Below are positions 1 to 8,679 of a stretch of 64,000 nucleotides of DNA, piece by piece. The notes beneath the pieces are model-generated. The model was given only the letters and a program-made list of their open reading frames with translations, was not told where the DNA came from and did no database searches. How positions within the stretch are numbered: the first letter of the stretch is position 1; every line of letters starts with the position of its first letter. The DNA comes from a virus. Lineage: Duplodnaviria > Caudoviricetes. Location of the stretch: positions 115,397 to 179,396 of IMG/VR virus record IMGVR_UViG_3300031998_000011; one strand, given 5' to 3'. The translations under genes and the position numbers were made by a program.

Positions 1-25
1 GACCAAGAACGGCCACGGCTCCTAC

Positions 26-799
26 ATGCTGCACTGCAGTTATCACAACTGGACACTCAAAGGTACAGACTATTGTATGCCGACGTGGTTCCACGGTGCT
101 GAGAACAATGTCGTGATTGACAGCTGCAACATCAAGAATGCCGTACTTGATCTGGCCCGGCCTGGAAATGAAGCAAGGAATTGCACCGTCTGCAGAGACG
201 GCGAACTGATCATCCAGATGAAGGCCAGAGCGAAGGACACCTGTGTCAACAGCGCAGGTCAGATGACCGTGCGCAGCGGCGGCGTTGCTGACCACACCAC
301 TGTGTGCAGCGGTGCCAAGCTCACTGTCAGCAGCGGTGGCATGATTATGAACACGTCTATCTACAATGGCGCCACAGTTGTGGTGCATGAGAAAGGTGCT
401 GTTCTGAATGCTTCATTGAACGGCAATCTGCATGTCACAAATGCGACCGTTCGTGGAGTCAGTGTTCTGAGCGGTCGCATATACGTCAACAGAAAGGCAT
501 CTGTCGAGCAGACCTATATCGGCTCAGCTGGCTTCATGACTATCAGCTCCGACGGTGTGGCAAGAGACACATCCGTCGATATGGGGCATGCTACTTGTGA
601 AGTCAGCTCTGGCGGTCGTGTTGAGACCATGCGCCTGGATTCCGGTGCGACTCTGATAATCTCGTCTGGAGCTGTTGCGGACGAGGTAGAGATCATGTCC
701 GGGGCCAGTGTCATCGTGCATTCCTGCGGCACTCTGCAGAACATGCATACGCATCAGGGATCGAAACTGTACGTCAACTTCGGCGGCGTTGTCAAATGA
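26..799 (+). CDS. AIDA-like beta-helical repeat protein (possibly 5'-truncated by the window edge)
   Basis: Repeats of the type TVRSGGVADHTTV / TVSSGG / EVSSGGRVET / IISSGAVADEVEI resemble AIDA-I passenger repeats. The frame is open back to the window start. No beta-barrel domain follows. Confidence 0.6.
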   Translation: MLHCSYHNWTLKGTDYCMPTWFHGAENNVVIDSCNIKNAVLDLARPGNEARNCTVCRDGELIIQMKARAKDTCVNSAGQMTVRSGGVADHTTVCSGAKLTVSSGGMIMNTSIYNGATVVVHEKGAVLNASLNGNLHVTNATVRGVSVLSGRIYVNRKASVEQTYIGSAGFMTISSDGVARDTSVDMGHATCEVSSGGRVETMRLDSGATLIISSGAVADEVEIMSGASVIVHSCGTLQNMHTHQGSKLYVNFGGVVK

Positions 800-804
800 A
801 CCTT

Positions 805-839
805 GCGAGGGCTCCGAAAGGGGCTCTCGCTTTTCTTTT
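805..839 (+). terminator. Intrinsic terminator
   Basis: GCGAGGGCTCC-GAAA-GGGGCTCTCGC hairpin followed by TTTTCTTTT. Confidence 0.9.
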
Positions 840-887
840 AGAATGGCCTTAATTTGAGCTGGTTTTCGGGCATACTAAGATGAAGCG
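831..887 (+). promoter_or_regulatory. Putative early promoter, copy 1 of a repeated motif
   Basis: TTTTCTTTTAGAATG-N4-TAAT-N8-GTTTT-C-GGGCATACT-N4-TGAAGCG, matching the copy at 1445-1502. Confidence 0.6.
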
Positions 888-973
888 GTTATCGCATAGG
901 ACCGACTTCTGCGGGCTGCTGTGTCACGGTGATACAGGGCTGAAGAAACCTCCAAAAAGAAAGGAGATAAACT

Positions 974-1408
974 ATGAAAGTTATCACTACTTACCAGTTC
1001 GATTTCATGTTTGATTTTGACAAGAACTTTGTTTTTCTCGAAGACATCGCTACGGCTATTCAGAATGATGCCAGCTTGAAGAGGGCTGTCGAAATTTACA
1101 AAATGGACGGTAAACCTGAAGAACATTTTTCGTGGTTCCCTGTGAAATATAAGGCTGCAGAGCGCAAAGCAGCCAAAGATAACGATATAGAACTTCCGGC
1201 ATGGATTCCTCTCTATTATGAGGAAAATTCCTATGACGATAAGTGGTCTGATATCGACTTCTTCCAAGGGAATGTTCGGGTTGCTCTTCATTGGCCATTC
1301 GGTGATGACATAAGCTACCGCGTGACAGGTCAAGATAACATGGCCCGTGAAGCCTGGAGCGAATGTCAAGCACTGTGGCGTGAGCAACAGAAAAAGAAAA
1401 CGGCATGA
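974..1408 (+). CDS. Hypothetical protein (AT-richer, stand-alone cassette)
   Basis: 144 aa ORF with strong AAGGAG RBS, own upstream motif and own terminator. Confidence 0.85.
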   Translation: MKVITTYQFDFMFDFDKNFVFLEDIATAIQNDASLKRAVEIYKMDGKPEEHFSWFPVKYKAAERKAAKDNDIELPAWIPLYYEENSYDDKWSDIDFFQGNVRVALHWPFGDDISYRVTGQDNMAREAWSECQALWREQQKKKTA

Positions 1409-1416
1409 AAAGATTC

Positions 1417-1453
1417 GACTGGTAGCCTTCCGGGGCGACCAGTCTTTTCTTTT
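1417..1453 (+). terminator. Intrinsic terminator
   Basis: GACTGGTAGCC...GGCGACCAGTC hairpin followed by TTTTCTTTT. Confidence 0.85.
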
Positions 1454-1502
1454 AGAATGTACCTAATGCAGGCGCGTTTTGAGGGCATAATCTACTGAGG
1501 CG
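1445..1502 (+). promoter_or_regulatory. Putative early promoter, copy 2 of a repeated motif
   Basis: TTTTCTTTTAGAATG-N4-TAAT-N8-GTTTT-GA-GGGCATAAT-N4-TGAGGCG; CATAAT is -10-like; lies ahead of the long early operon. Confidence 0.6.
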
Positions 1503-1583
1503 CAATAACCAACAGTGCAGAAGCAGCGAATGGGTCGCTGTCTTCATATGTACACAACCGCGTCTCAGAAAGGATGGCCTCTA

Positions 1584-1922
1584 ATGGAGGAAATCACAAA
1601 GTACAAAAAGCCGAGAAACGAGGTAATGGCGCAGGCTCTCAGCGTCATGCTGAAAGTGCAGGAACTCCTGCAGTCGCACATCAGGTGGTTCGAGTCCATG
1701 CGGCCCGACCAGCCTGTGGCCGGCGCACTCGTCAACCTGTCGAAGCAGATCCGCGCTGCGGACGAAGAGAAAGACCCGGAGCACTCCATCATCGGAGGTT
1801 CGTTCTATTTCTTCGTGACGCGGAAGTGCCCGCACACGGCGCAGTCCGCGAGCCTCGCCCTGGCTGAGAAGTTGTTCGACGTGAACTGCGGTATCGAGCA
1901 GCTCAAGTCCCAGCTGATCTGA
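1584..1922 (+). CDS. Hypothetical protein
   Basis: ATG after AAGGA; first gene of a tightly packed operon. Confidence 0.7.
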   Translation: MEEITKYKKPRNEVMAQALSVMLKVQELLQSHIRWFESMRPDQPVAGALVNLSKQIRAADEEKDPEHSIIGGSFYFFVTRKCPHTAQSASLALAEKLFDVNCGIEQLKSQLI

Positions 1923-1929
1923 GGTGCCT

Positions 1930-2304
1930 ATGAAAGAAGAAACAAGACAGGCACTGTCGGATCTCAGCCGGCAGGTTGAGAAGCTCCAGAACACGATGAT
2001 CGTCATGATGCGCTTCATGCGGGTCCTGTATGATCACACGAGGGCCGACATCTATCTCACAAGCGACAATGTGCACGACAAGATGTTCGGTGATGTCTGC
2101 GACACTGACTGCAAGTACGCGGACAAGGCGTTCCTGGAGTGGCTCAGGCACGAGGCTGTGTATGACATCGACAGTGACGTCGTGCGCCCCTTCCTGACTA
2201 TCGACCAGGAGCTCTACGGTCTCGACGGCGACAAGACCAAAGACTATAAGGACACCGTGTACAAAGACGGTGCATTCATCGCCGATCTCATGAACTTCAA
2301 CTGA
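1930..2304 (+). CDS. Hypothetical protein
   Basis: GAGGT RBS; codon bias like neighbours. Confidence 0.75.
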   Translation: MKEETRQALSDLSRQVEKLQNTMIVMMRFMRVLYDHTRADIYLTSDNVHDKMFGDVCDTDCKYADKAFLEWLRHEAVYDIDSDVVRPFLTIDQELYGLDGDKTKDYKDTVYKDGAFIADLMNFN

Positions 2305-2316
2305 AAGGAAAACAAA

Positions 2317-2739
2317 ATGGACGACAACAAGAAAATCAATATCAACCCTGCCATGCGCGAACAGCTGGATGCCGCGAGGAAACTGCTCGATTCTGATCCG
2401 GAACTGAATGAAGCCTTCGAGCTCTTCAAGTTCAAGCAGGATATCGCCGCCATCATCGAGCGCTGCGTGAAGTATCAGGACATCATCGTCGCGCTGAACA
2501 AGGTGGACGCTCTGAAGACGCACCCGCAGGTCATGGTCGAGTACGCGAACAGGGGCGAGGAAGCCAACGCCGAGTTCCACAAGCGTGTCGAAGAAGCGCA
2601 TGACAGCGGCGTTCTCGACGACAAACACTACGAGGAACTGAATACGATGTACCAGGTTTTCCAGGTCGGAATCATGCTCATCAAACTGTTTGACAAGAAG
2701 GAGTCTGACGATGGATCTGAAGACAAAGATCAGAACTGA
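2317..2739 (+). CDS. Hypothetical protein
   Basis: AAGGA RBS; 140 aa helical ORF. Confidence 0.8.
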   Translation: MDDNKKININPAMREQLDAARKLLDSDPELNEAFELFKFKQDIAAIIERCVKYQDIIVALNKVDALKTHPQVMVEYANRGEEANAEFHKRVEEAHDSGVLDDKHYEELNTMYQVFQVGIMLIKLFDKKESDDGSEDKDQN

Positions 2740-3034
2740 ACTGGAGAAGGCTCACTGCGCCGCCCTGAAAACGGGCGGCACGGTGGATTCCGCCGCAGCC
2801 GACGTCATCGCGGCCGGCTGCATCTTCAAGCATGTTACTGGCGCGGACTTCAGCAAGTCCATACAGTGGCAGCGTAACAATGACAACGCCGTCACTGGCG
2901 GCGTGCTGTATATCAAGGGCATCAAGATCTGCATCGGCGGGTCCAGTAAAAAGACGATCACCAGGGAGCTGGCGTTTCATGTTCACAAGCTGCTGCCCTA
3001 CTTCATCGGAGAGGAGCTTGTGGCAAATGGCTAA
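2711..3034 (+). CDS. Hypothetical protein
   Basis: AAGGAG RBS upstream of ATG 2711; overlaps both neighbours. Confidence 0.7.
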   Translation: MDLKTKIRTELEKAHCAALKTGGTVDSAAADVIAAGCIFKHVTGADFSKSIQWQRNNDNAVTGGVLYIKGIKICIGGSSKKTITRELAFHVHKLLPYFIGEELVANG

Positions 3035-3545
3035 TTGCTGCGACATTTCGATTCATATCGTGATTCCGGACAAGGAACAGGCGCAGGCTTGTTACCAGTG
3101 GCTGGAAGATGCCCGTGTGGAGGCTGACAAGAAAGGCGAAGGCTTCCAGCTCGGAAACGCCAAGCAGTGGGTGTTCGACAGCGACGTCGAGATTGACAGC
3201 CACGACGTGTCCATCTATGGTTGGATCAAGTGGGGCTGGGACGACGACGTTCCGGAGGACTTCGTGAAGACTATGCTGGACAAAGGCTGGAACATCGCGG
3301 AAGTCAACTGTGAGTTCCATGAGTCGGCCTGTCTGTATCATGGTGATTGGCACTACACAGGAGACACAGGTGTCCTGGAGGCACGTGTTCTGGATCAGGC
3401 GTACATGATGAAGTTCTACGAAGGGCTCACCGACGAGGATATCGACGCAGACGATCACTACGACAAACTGCTGGCATACGTCGAAGCCGCGCCTGACGAC
3501 CAGTTCGAAACATGGACAACACAAATCAAAGAGGTGTCTGAGTGA
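3027..3545 (+). CDS. Hypothetical protein, possibly YubB/DUF1281-type ferredoxin-like fold
   Basis: GAGGAG RBS; MANCC.I.I start, internal W.KW and E...LYHG pattern recall this phage family (weak match). Confidence 0.5.
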   Translation: MANCCDISIHIVIPDKEQAQACYQWLEDARVEADKKGEGFQLGNAKQWVFDSDVEIDSHDVSIYGWIKWGWDDDVPEDFVKTMLDKGWNIAEVNCEFHESACLYHGDWHYTGDTGVLEARVLDQAYMMKFYEGLTDEDIDADDHYDKLLAYVEAAPDDQFETWTTQIKEVSE

Positions 3546-4240
3546 AAGACTATGATGCGACACTCATGGAAGCGCTGCGTGTCAGCACTGTCAACAATGA
3601 CATCTATGCAGCATCTATCATGGACTACGAGAAGAACATTCAGAAGTTCGTCTCTATCCTGGATAAGCTGGACAGCTTCATAAAGGCTCCGTGTGTTCTG
3701 GACGCGATCTACGCAGAGATGCGCGGCAGGCGTTACCAGATCGAACTTCAGATGCGTTCTATGCGAGACCAGCTCGCGAACGATTACGAGAACGGCAACA
3801 TGACGGATGAGAGCTATGCCGCCTGGACCAAGTGGCTGGACATCGTGCAGCGCGACTATCTGCACGTGGACCGTAAGAAATGCCGGTTCCAGCACGGAGA
3901 CAGATGTCTGGTGGCAGATGCGACCGGTGTAGTCAAGGCAACGATTGTCGGGCTCCCTGATGAGTTCGATGAGACGACCTACGTCGTGAAATACGACAGC
4001 AATCATACCAAGAGCAACGATGTTATCGTCATCGAAGAGCGCATTGAAGACCGCAATCTGTTCCGGGAGACTGAAATGGAAGAGGCACTCGCTATGGCGC
4101 AGAACCTGAATGCCGTGGAACTGAACATCAGCGAGTGCGCGGAGCGTGCAGCACAGAACAATCGCTTCTTCTACCAGGGGCGACAGCGTGCGCTGCAGAA
4201 GCAACAGGAAACACTCAACAAATCGGAGAAACAACAATGA
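3542..4240 (+). CDS. Hypothetical protein with C-terminal SH3-like/coiled-coil module
   Basis: GTG start overlapping the upstream TGA; FQHGDRCLV...LFRETEMEEA. Confidence 0.7.
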   Translation: MKDYDATLMEALRVSTVNNDIYAASIMDYEKNIQKFVSILDKLDSFIKAPCVLDAIYAEMRGRRYQIELQMRSMRDQLANDYENGNMTDESYAAWTKWLDIVQRDYLHVDRKKCRFQHGDRCLVADATGVVKATIVGLPDEFDETTYVVKYDSNHTKSNDVIVIEERIEDRNLFRETEMEEALAMAQNLNAVELNISECAERAAQNNRFFYQGRQRALQKQQETLNKSEKQQ

Positions 4241-4596
4241 ACGGAACTGACAAGTACGTCGTTTTCCCGCCTGAAAACAATTCCATGCCGTTCCAGTGCG
4301 GCGAGAAGGTCTGGTACGCCAGCCTTGTGCATGAGAGACCCATTCTGGTCGAGATCGTTGACATCGACGTGGACACCGATGAACCCGGCAACGCCTACCT
4401 GGTGTTCAAGCTGAACGACACGCAGGGCGCCTTCGTGGACCAGGACGTCACGGAGGACTGGCTGTGCCGGTCGAAAGACATGGCCTGGGGCATGCTCATC
4501 CAGCATGAGCAGAAGAAGGTCGATGCGCTACGCGACGAGATCATGAAGATCGAGTGCAAGATGGCTGACTTCCGCAGACAGCAGGCGGAGATCTGA
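4237..4596 (+). CDS. SH3/Tudor-like + coiled-coil family protein
   Basis: ATGA overlap; FQCGEKVWY...LCRSKDMAW then heptad helix. Confidence 0.7.
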   Translation: MNGTDKYVVFPPENNSMPFQCGEKVWYASLVHERPILVEIVDIDVDTDEPGNAYLVFKLNDTQGAFVDQDVTEDWLCRSKDMAWGMLIQHEQKKVDALRDEIMKIECKMADFRRQQAEI

Positions 4597-4597
4597 C

Positions 4598-4948
4598 ATG
4601 GGCAACTTGAAACTCAAACCAGGTGATGTCGTCTGGGTCGTAGAGTCGAGTACTGACATCAGGCGGGCGACTGTCATCAAGCCCAGGAACGGCGAGCGCA
4701 TGTACGGGTTCGATTATCTGTTCCAGTTTGATGACAGTACGAACCCTGAACTGTACCCGAAAGAAGCCGACAACGTCTACAAGAGTCCGGCGAGGGCCTG
4801 GAACTCTCTGATCCGTGCGGCAGATAAAAGAGTGCGCAGGGCTCGTGAGGAATGGGAGTCTGCCCGTGCCTTCCGGTACAGGCTGCAGTGCGCCAAGAAG
4901 GACGCGCTGGAAGCTGAAAGGAGGCGCACCCGTGAGCACCAGGCGTAA
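4598..4948 (+). CDS. SH3/Tudor-like + coiled-coil family protein
   Basis: LKPGDVVWVV...VYKSPARAW. Confidence 0.75.
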   Translation: MGNLKLKPGDVVWVVESSTDIRRATVIKPRNGERMYGFDYLFQFDDSTNPELYPKEADNVYKSPARAWNSLIRAADKRVRRAREEWESARAFRYRLQCAKKDALEAERRRTREHQA

Positions 4949-5300
4949 ACCCCTGCAGGTCGGTCAGCACCTCTACAAGGCGGCGTATTGGAAGGTGGTC
5001 CACATCGAAGTGGTCGCCTACCACAGCACCTGGCGTGGACGTTATTACGATGTCAAATACGACAATGGCTATGTTTCCACGTGGACCAAGATTGACAGGA
5101 ACGTCTGGCTGGACAGCCCGGTGGATGCCTGGAAACAGCTGATCGAGGGACACGAGCGGTCGCTCCAGTGGTACAAAGAGTGCATCCGCGATATCCGGAA
5201 AGACATGCCCAAGTACAGGCGGGCGCTGGCCCGTGCCGAGCGCCTGCAGGCTGCCGGAAAGATCGTGCACGACATCAAGGAAAGGAAACCCAAGAAATGA
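4932..5300 (+). CDS. SH3/Tudor-like + coiled-coil family protein
   Basis: GTG start after AAGGAGG; LQVGQHLY...WLDSPVDAW. Confidence 0.7.
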   Translation: MSTRRKPLQVGQHLYKAAYWKVVHIEVVAYHSTWRGRYYDVKYDNGYVSTWTKIDRNVWLDSPVDAWKQLIEGHERSLQWYKECIRDIRKDMPKYRRALARAERLQAAGKIVHDIKERKPKK

Positions 5301-5953
5301 GCTACGATTACTTACCTGATGTGCGGTCTCTCGAAGTGAGCGTTGCGATCTGTAGCGATCACTGGGACGGTCACAGTAAGCGCATCAATCCGATCATGCA
5401 GATGGACAAGTCGAAAGTCAAGGAGATACTCAATGCCGACACTCTGATGCTTAGCCAGGCTAATTTCATGCATGGCGGAAATGACTTCCACTGGCAGGAT
5501 GAACCACATACGTCCAGCAACGAAGTCCGTGTCAGCTTTACAACGAAAGCCAGAAACTGCATAATCCCGATCATGAACGTCATCAAGTTACAGCTGCTGT
5601 ATACAACGGACACCCGTCCCTGGGTGTACGGCGAAGTTCTGTGCAAATGGAACGGCTATAACATCGTCATGGGTGAGTATGGCATGCAGGATGGCGCCAA
5701 AGCGATCAACGAGCGTGTTCTGAACATGAGCAATCTCGAACACATTATAGCGGATATCAAGCAGGATAACTACGAATGGATGGCCAGGCGTATTCTTCGT
5801 GACTGGAATTACCTGACTATTCGCCGTACATATCCGCTGACATTGGCTGGTGTTCAGGAAGAGCTGACGCATGTTTGTGAAAACTCGGAGATGTATGATA
5901 TTCTGGTCGGTATCAGGACCATCATGGAGGACTTCCAGAAATGTCGGACATGA
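5297..5953 (+). CDS. Hypothetical protein
   Basis: ATGA overlap with upstream gene; AAGGA RBS. Confidence 0.75.
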   Translation: MSYDYLPDVRSLEVSVAICSDHWDGHSKRINPIMQMDKSKVKEILNADTLMLSQANFMHGGNDFHWQDEPHTSSNEVRVSFTTKARNCIIPIMNVIKLQLLYTTDTRPWVYGEVLCKWNGYNIVMGEYGMQDGAKAINERVLNMSNLEHIIADIKQDNYEWMARRILRDWNYLTIRRTYPLTLAGVQEELTHVCENSEMYDILVGIRTIMEDFQKCRT

Positions 5954-6159
5954 CACTTGACTCATATCTGAGCAACCCGAACTACTCCGGACTCTCGGAG
6001 AAGGAAAAGCTGGTTCTTGTGTGTAACCGGCTGATCGACAAAATCATGCACGGCAAGTATGTCGGGCGTAACATGGACCACGAACGTGCGCTTCTGGACG
6101 AGGCGCACGAACGGATCCGCAAACTGGAGACGCAGGATGCAACCGGTAATCCAGCGTAA
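5950..6159 (+). CDS. Small hypothetical protein
   Basis: ATGA overlap; fills the operon gap. Confidence 0.6.
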   Translation: MTLDSYLSNPNYSGLSEKEKLVLVCNRLIDKIMHGKYVGRNMDHERALLDEAHERIRKLETQDATGNPA

Positions 6160-6361
6160 TCTGCAGATCATGAGCGATGCTGTATTGAACTTCGCGAAAC
6201 AAGTCAACGAAGGCATCGAAGTCATAAAGAACTGCAGGCATGCCGATATAGTCGGCATTCTGGACGATGAGATCACATATGTCATCAAATCGACATGTCC
6301 GTTCGAGCGTCTCAGAGAACAACTCAAGAAAGGAGTACACAATGTCTCTCAAACCAGGTGA
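6137..6361 (+). CDS. Small hypothetical protein
   Basis: GGAG RBS; fills the operon gap. Confidence 0.55.
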   Translation: MQPVIQRNLQIMSDAVLNFAKQVNEGIEVIKNCRHADIVGILDDEITYVIKSTCPFERLREQLKKGVHNVSQTR

Positions 6362-6953
6362 CGAGCGGTGGCTCGTCGTCGAGTACTTCGACGGAGACGG
6401 CAACGTTTATCCCGTGAAGATCACGTCGGATGCTTATGATGTGGACGGTACTGAGTATGGCATTCAGTCTTTACGCAGTGACGTCAGTCTGCGCGACACG
6501 GCGGTCGAGAGCGACCTCTACATCTCGGAGCTGGAAGCCTACCAGGCTCTTGTGTCGCGTATGGAGAACAATGCCGATAAATTTAAGCAGTGGCGTAAGG
6601 AGCTCCTGCGCGAGCACATTCCGGAGAAGCGTCTCAAGCTCGAACAGCTCAAGGCGCACAAGATGCAGCCGATGCCGAAGTTCCCGCGTGTTGGTGACAC
6701 CGTGTATTTCATTCGGTGGAACATATGCAAGCAGGCAGAGGTCATCGACCTGTACTACCAGAACGACGTGCTGCGTGTCCGGCTTCGTGTTGGTGATCCT
6801 TACCACAACACGGAACATGAAGATGCGGCTGACGTGTATCCCACTAAGCGCCAGTGCATTACAACGCTGATCAAGAAGCTGACGAAGTCTCACAAGGACT
6901 ACATCGACAACCTCAAGAAACAGCTGAAGGAAGACAAGAATGGAAACACCTGA
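6342..6953 (+). CDS. Tandem double SH3/Tudor-like + coiled-coil protein
   Basis: AAGGAG RBS; LKPGDERWLV...LYISELEAY and PRVGDTVYFI...VYPTKRQCI. Confidence 0.75.
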   Translation: MSLKPGDERWLVVEYFDGDGNVYPVKITSDAYDVDGTEYGIQSLRSDVSLRDTAVESDLYISELEAYQALVSRMENNADKFKQWRKELLREHIPEKRLKLEQLKAHKMQPMPKFPRVGDTVYFIRWNICKQAEVIDLYYQNDVLRVRLRVGDPYHNTEHEDAADVYPTKRQCITTLIKKLTKSHKDYIDNLKKQLKEDKNGNT

Positions 6954-7323
6954 AGTCAATGCCTACGGGAACCGTGAAGAGCACTGGGACGGCTACAAGA
7001 TCGGCGATCATGCCTGGTTCGTTCCTGACTACATCGGTACGGTTGCGTTCGGCGTCGTGACCGAAGTGCGTCTGCAGCTGGCGCCCGGCGGTCATTGTGT
7101 CGTGCCGTATCAGTATGAGTTTACTTTCGATGATCCTGAAGTAGGCGAGCGTACGTGCAATGTGGAGGCCGGTCATGTCTTCGACACAGAGGTGGAAGCA
7201 GTTCGTTGCGCGGAAGCCCTGTGTTTCGCTGAAGAGCGCGACTACGCCAAGCTGGCACATGATCTGCACGAGACACGTGTTGAACTGTCAATCCGCAGGG
7301 AAGAACTGGAGGAAGCGAAATGA
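6940..7323 (+). CDS. SH3/Tudor-like + coiled-coil family protein
   Basis: YKIGDHAWFV...VFDTEVEAV. Confidence 0.75.
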   Translation: METPEVNAYGNREEHWDGYKIGDHAWFVPDYIGTVAFGVVTEVRLQLAPGGHCVVPYQYEFTFDDPEVGERTCNVEAGHVFDTEVEAVRCAEALCFAEERDYAKLAHDLHETRVELSIRREELEEAK

Positions 7324-7601
7324 GCGTTGTTATTCTCAGCGACGGTCGTTTGTTCGACGATCACAAGCAGTTGATGATTTCTTGTCCGAAGACACCAACT
7401 ACCTATTGCTGTGTGGATTGTGCTTTGTGCGCACTGGATACAGACAAACCGGAAGACAACAGGCTTGTGTTTCTGTGCGGTTGCCGCCCAGGGTTCAGGC
7501 TTCTGTCGGAGCCTTACAAACCGCCCGTCGATTTGCAGCGTGAACAGGGTATCATCCCGGACGACCAGAAAGGAGCCGACAATGAAGTTCCAGAAGGGTG
7601 A
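7320..7601 (+). CDS. Small Cys-rich hypothetical protein
   Basis: ATGA overlap; CCVDCALC and CGC motifs. Confidence 0.6.
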   Translation: MSVVILSDGRLFDDHKQLMISCPKTPTTYCCVDCALCALDTDKPEDNRLVFLCGCRPGFRLLSEPYKPPVDLQREQGIIPDDQKGADNEVPEG

Positions 7602-7881
7602 CACCGTCTACTTCTGCGATATCGAGACACAGGAGGAAAACCAGTGTCTGGATTCAGATACTTATCCGATTGTCTGGTGCGGGCATATCGAAGACATCGA
7701 CGAGCACGGCTACATCAGTGTGAAACTGGACAAGAACAGGCTCTCCAATGCGTCGGCCATCGAGGGTACTATTGAGGACCTTCTGTACAGAACACCGGAG
7801 GAGGCTGTGTGCGAGTTCTTGTCGGACATTCGGCAGAAGCTCGAAGAACAGATCAAGGAACTGAGAGGAGGCTCCAGATGA
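7582..7881 (+). CDS. SH3/Tudor-like + coiled-coil family protein
   Basis: AAGGAG RBS; MKFQKGDTVYF...LYRTPEEAV. Confidence 0.8.
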   Translation: MKFQKGDTVYFCDIETQEENQCLDSDTYPIVWCGHIEDIDEHGYISVKLDKNRLSNASAIEGTIEDLLYRTPEEAVCEFLSDIRQKLEEQIKELRGGSR

Positions 7882-8297
7882 GTAACTATCTCGAACCGGG
7901 CCAGAAAGTCTGGTTCTGGTATCTGCGCTATAACAAGAACGACGTGCTTGAGATCACTGTGATGCATGGCACGGTGCTACAGTCCATCGAAAGCGTGTGG
8001 GGCAAGGATGCCTATGCTATCATTCCGGACGGTGCAGAGGACACAAGCCCGTGCAATGTAAATATCCTGCGTTCCCATATTGCTGAGACCAAGCAGGGCG
8101 TCTACGAGAGCCTTGTACACGGCCTTGATGATTTGATCTGGGACCTGGAGAAGAACATGGATAGCAAGGTCGATGACCTGCGGGATCAGATCCGGAAGGT
8201 CAGCGCAAAGCTCAAGCAGGCAACTGCAGCCTATGCACACAATCGAGATCTGCTGGAAGGTCTCAGAAAGGAACAAAATGGCAACCAGGACAAGTAA
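7878..8297 (+). CDS. SH3/Tudor-like + coiled-coil family protein
   Basis: GGAGG RBS; LEPGQKVWFW...IAETKQGVY. Confidence 0.75.
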   Translation: MSNYLEPGQKVWFWYLRYNKNDVLEITVMHGTVLQSIESVWGKDAYAIIPDGAEDTSPCNVNILRSHIAETKQGVYESLVHGLDDLIWDLEKNMDSKVDDLRDQIRKVSAKLKQATAAYAHNRDLLEGLRKEQNGNQDK

Positions 8298-8679
8298 GCC
8301 GAAGGAATCGGTTCCACGCTGGTACACTCTGATGAAGATTCACGAGAGACTGGCATCGTCTGAGAAACCAAAGATCAAGAAGGGCGATACCGTTTACTGG
8401 ATCAACACGGAGTGCGGCGACTGGTGGAACAAGCACTACGAGACCAATCCTGTACTGTTCCGTGGCACTGTTAAGACGAAACACAGGGACGGCATGGTGC
8501 TCGTTGTCTGGGAACCCAATGAGTGGACAGACGACGAGAACTGCAGCGAAATTCCCATGTCCCCAACGGATCTGTACAAGGATCCGATGAAGTGCATCCA
8601 GGACTGGCTTCAGGAGAACCGTAAGGAGCTTGAAACACAGCTGCAGATCCTACAGGAGGCAGTCGATGAAAACAGTTAA
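8278..8679 (+). CDS. SH3/Tudor-like + coiled-coil family protein
   Basis: IKKGDTVYWI...LYKDPMKCI. Confidence 0.75.
   Translation: MATRTSKPKESVPRWYTLMKIHERLASSEKPKIKKGDTVYWINTECGDWWNKHYETNPVLFRGTVKTKHRDGMVLVVWEPNEWTDDENCSEIPMSPTDLYKDPMKCIQDWLQENRKELETQLQILQEAVDENS

Noticed and set aside
4603-4620. CAACTTGAAACTCAAACC as another palindrome copy (similarly 43446-43461)
   Set aside because: Too many mismatches and no ATTTT arm; compatible with chance.
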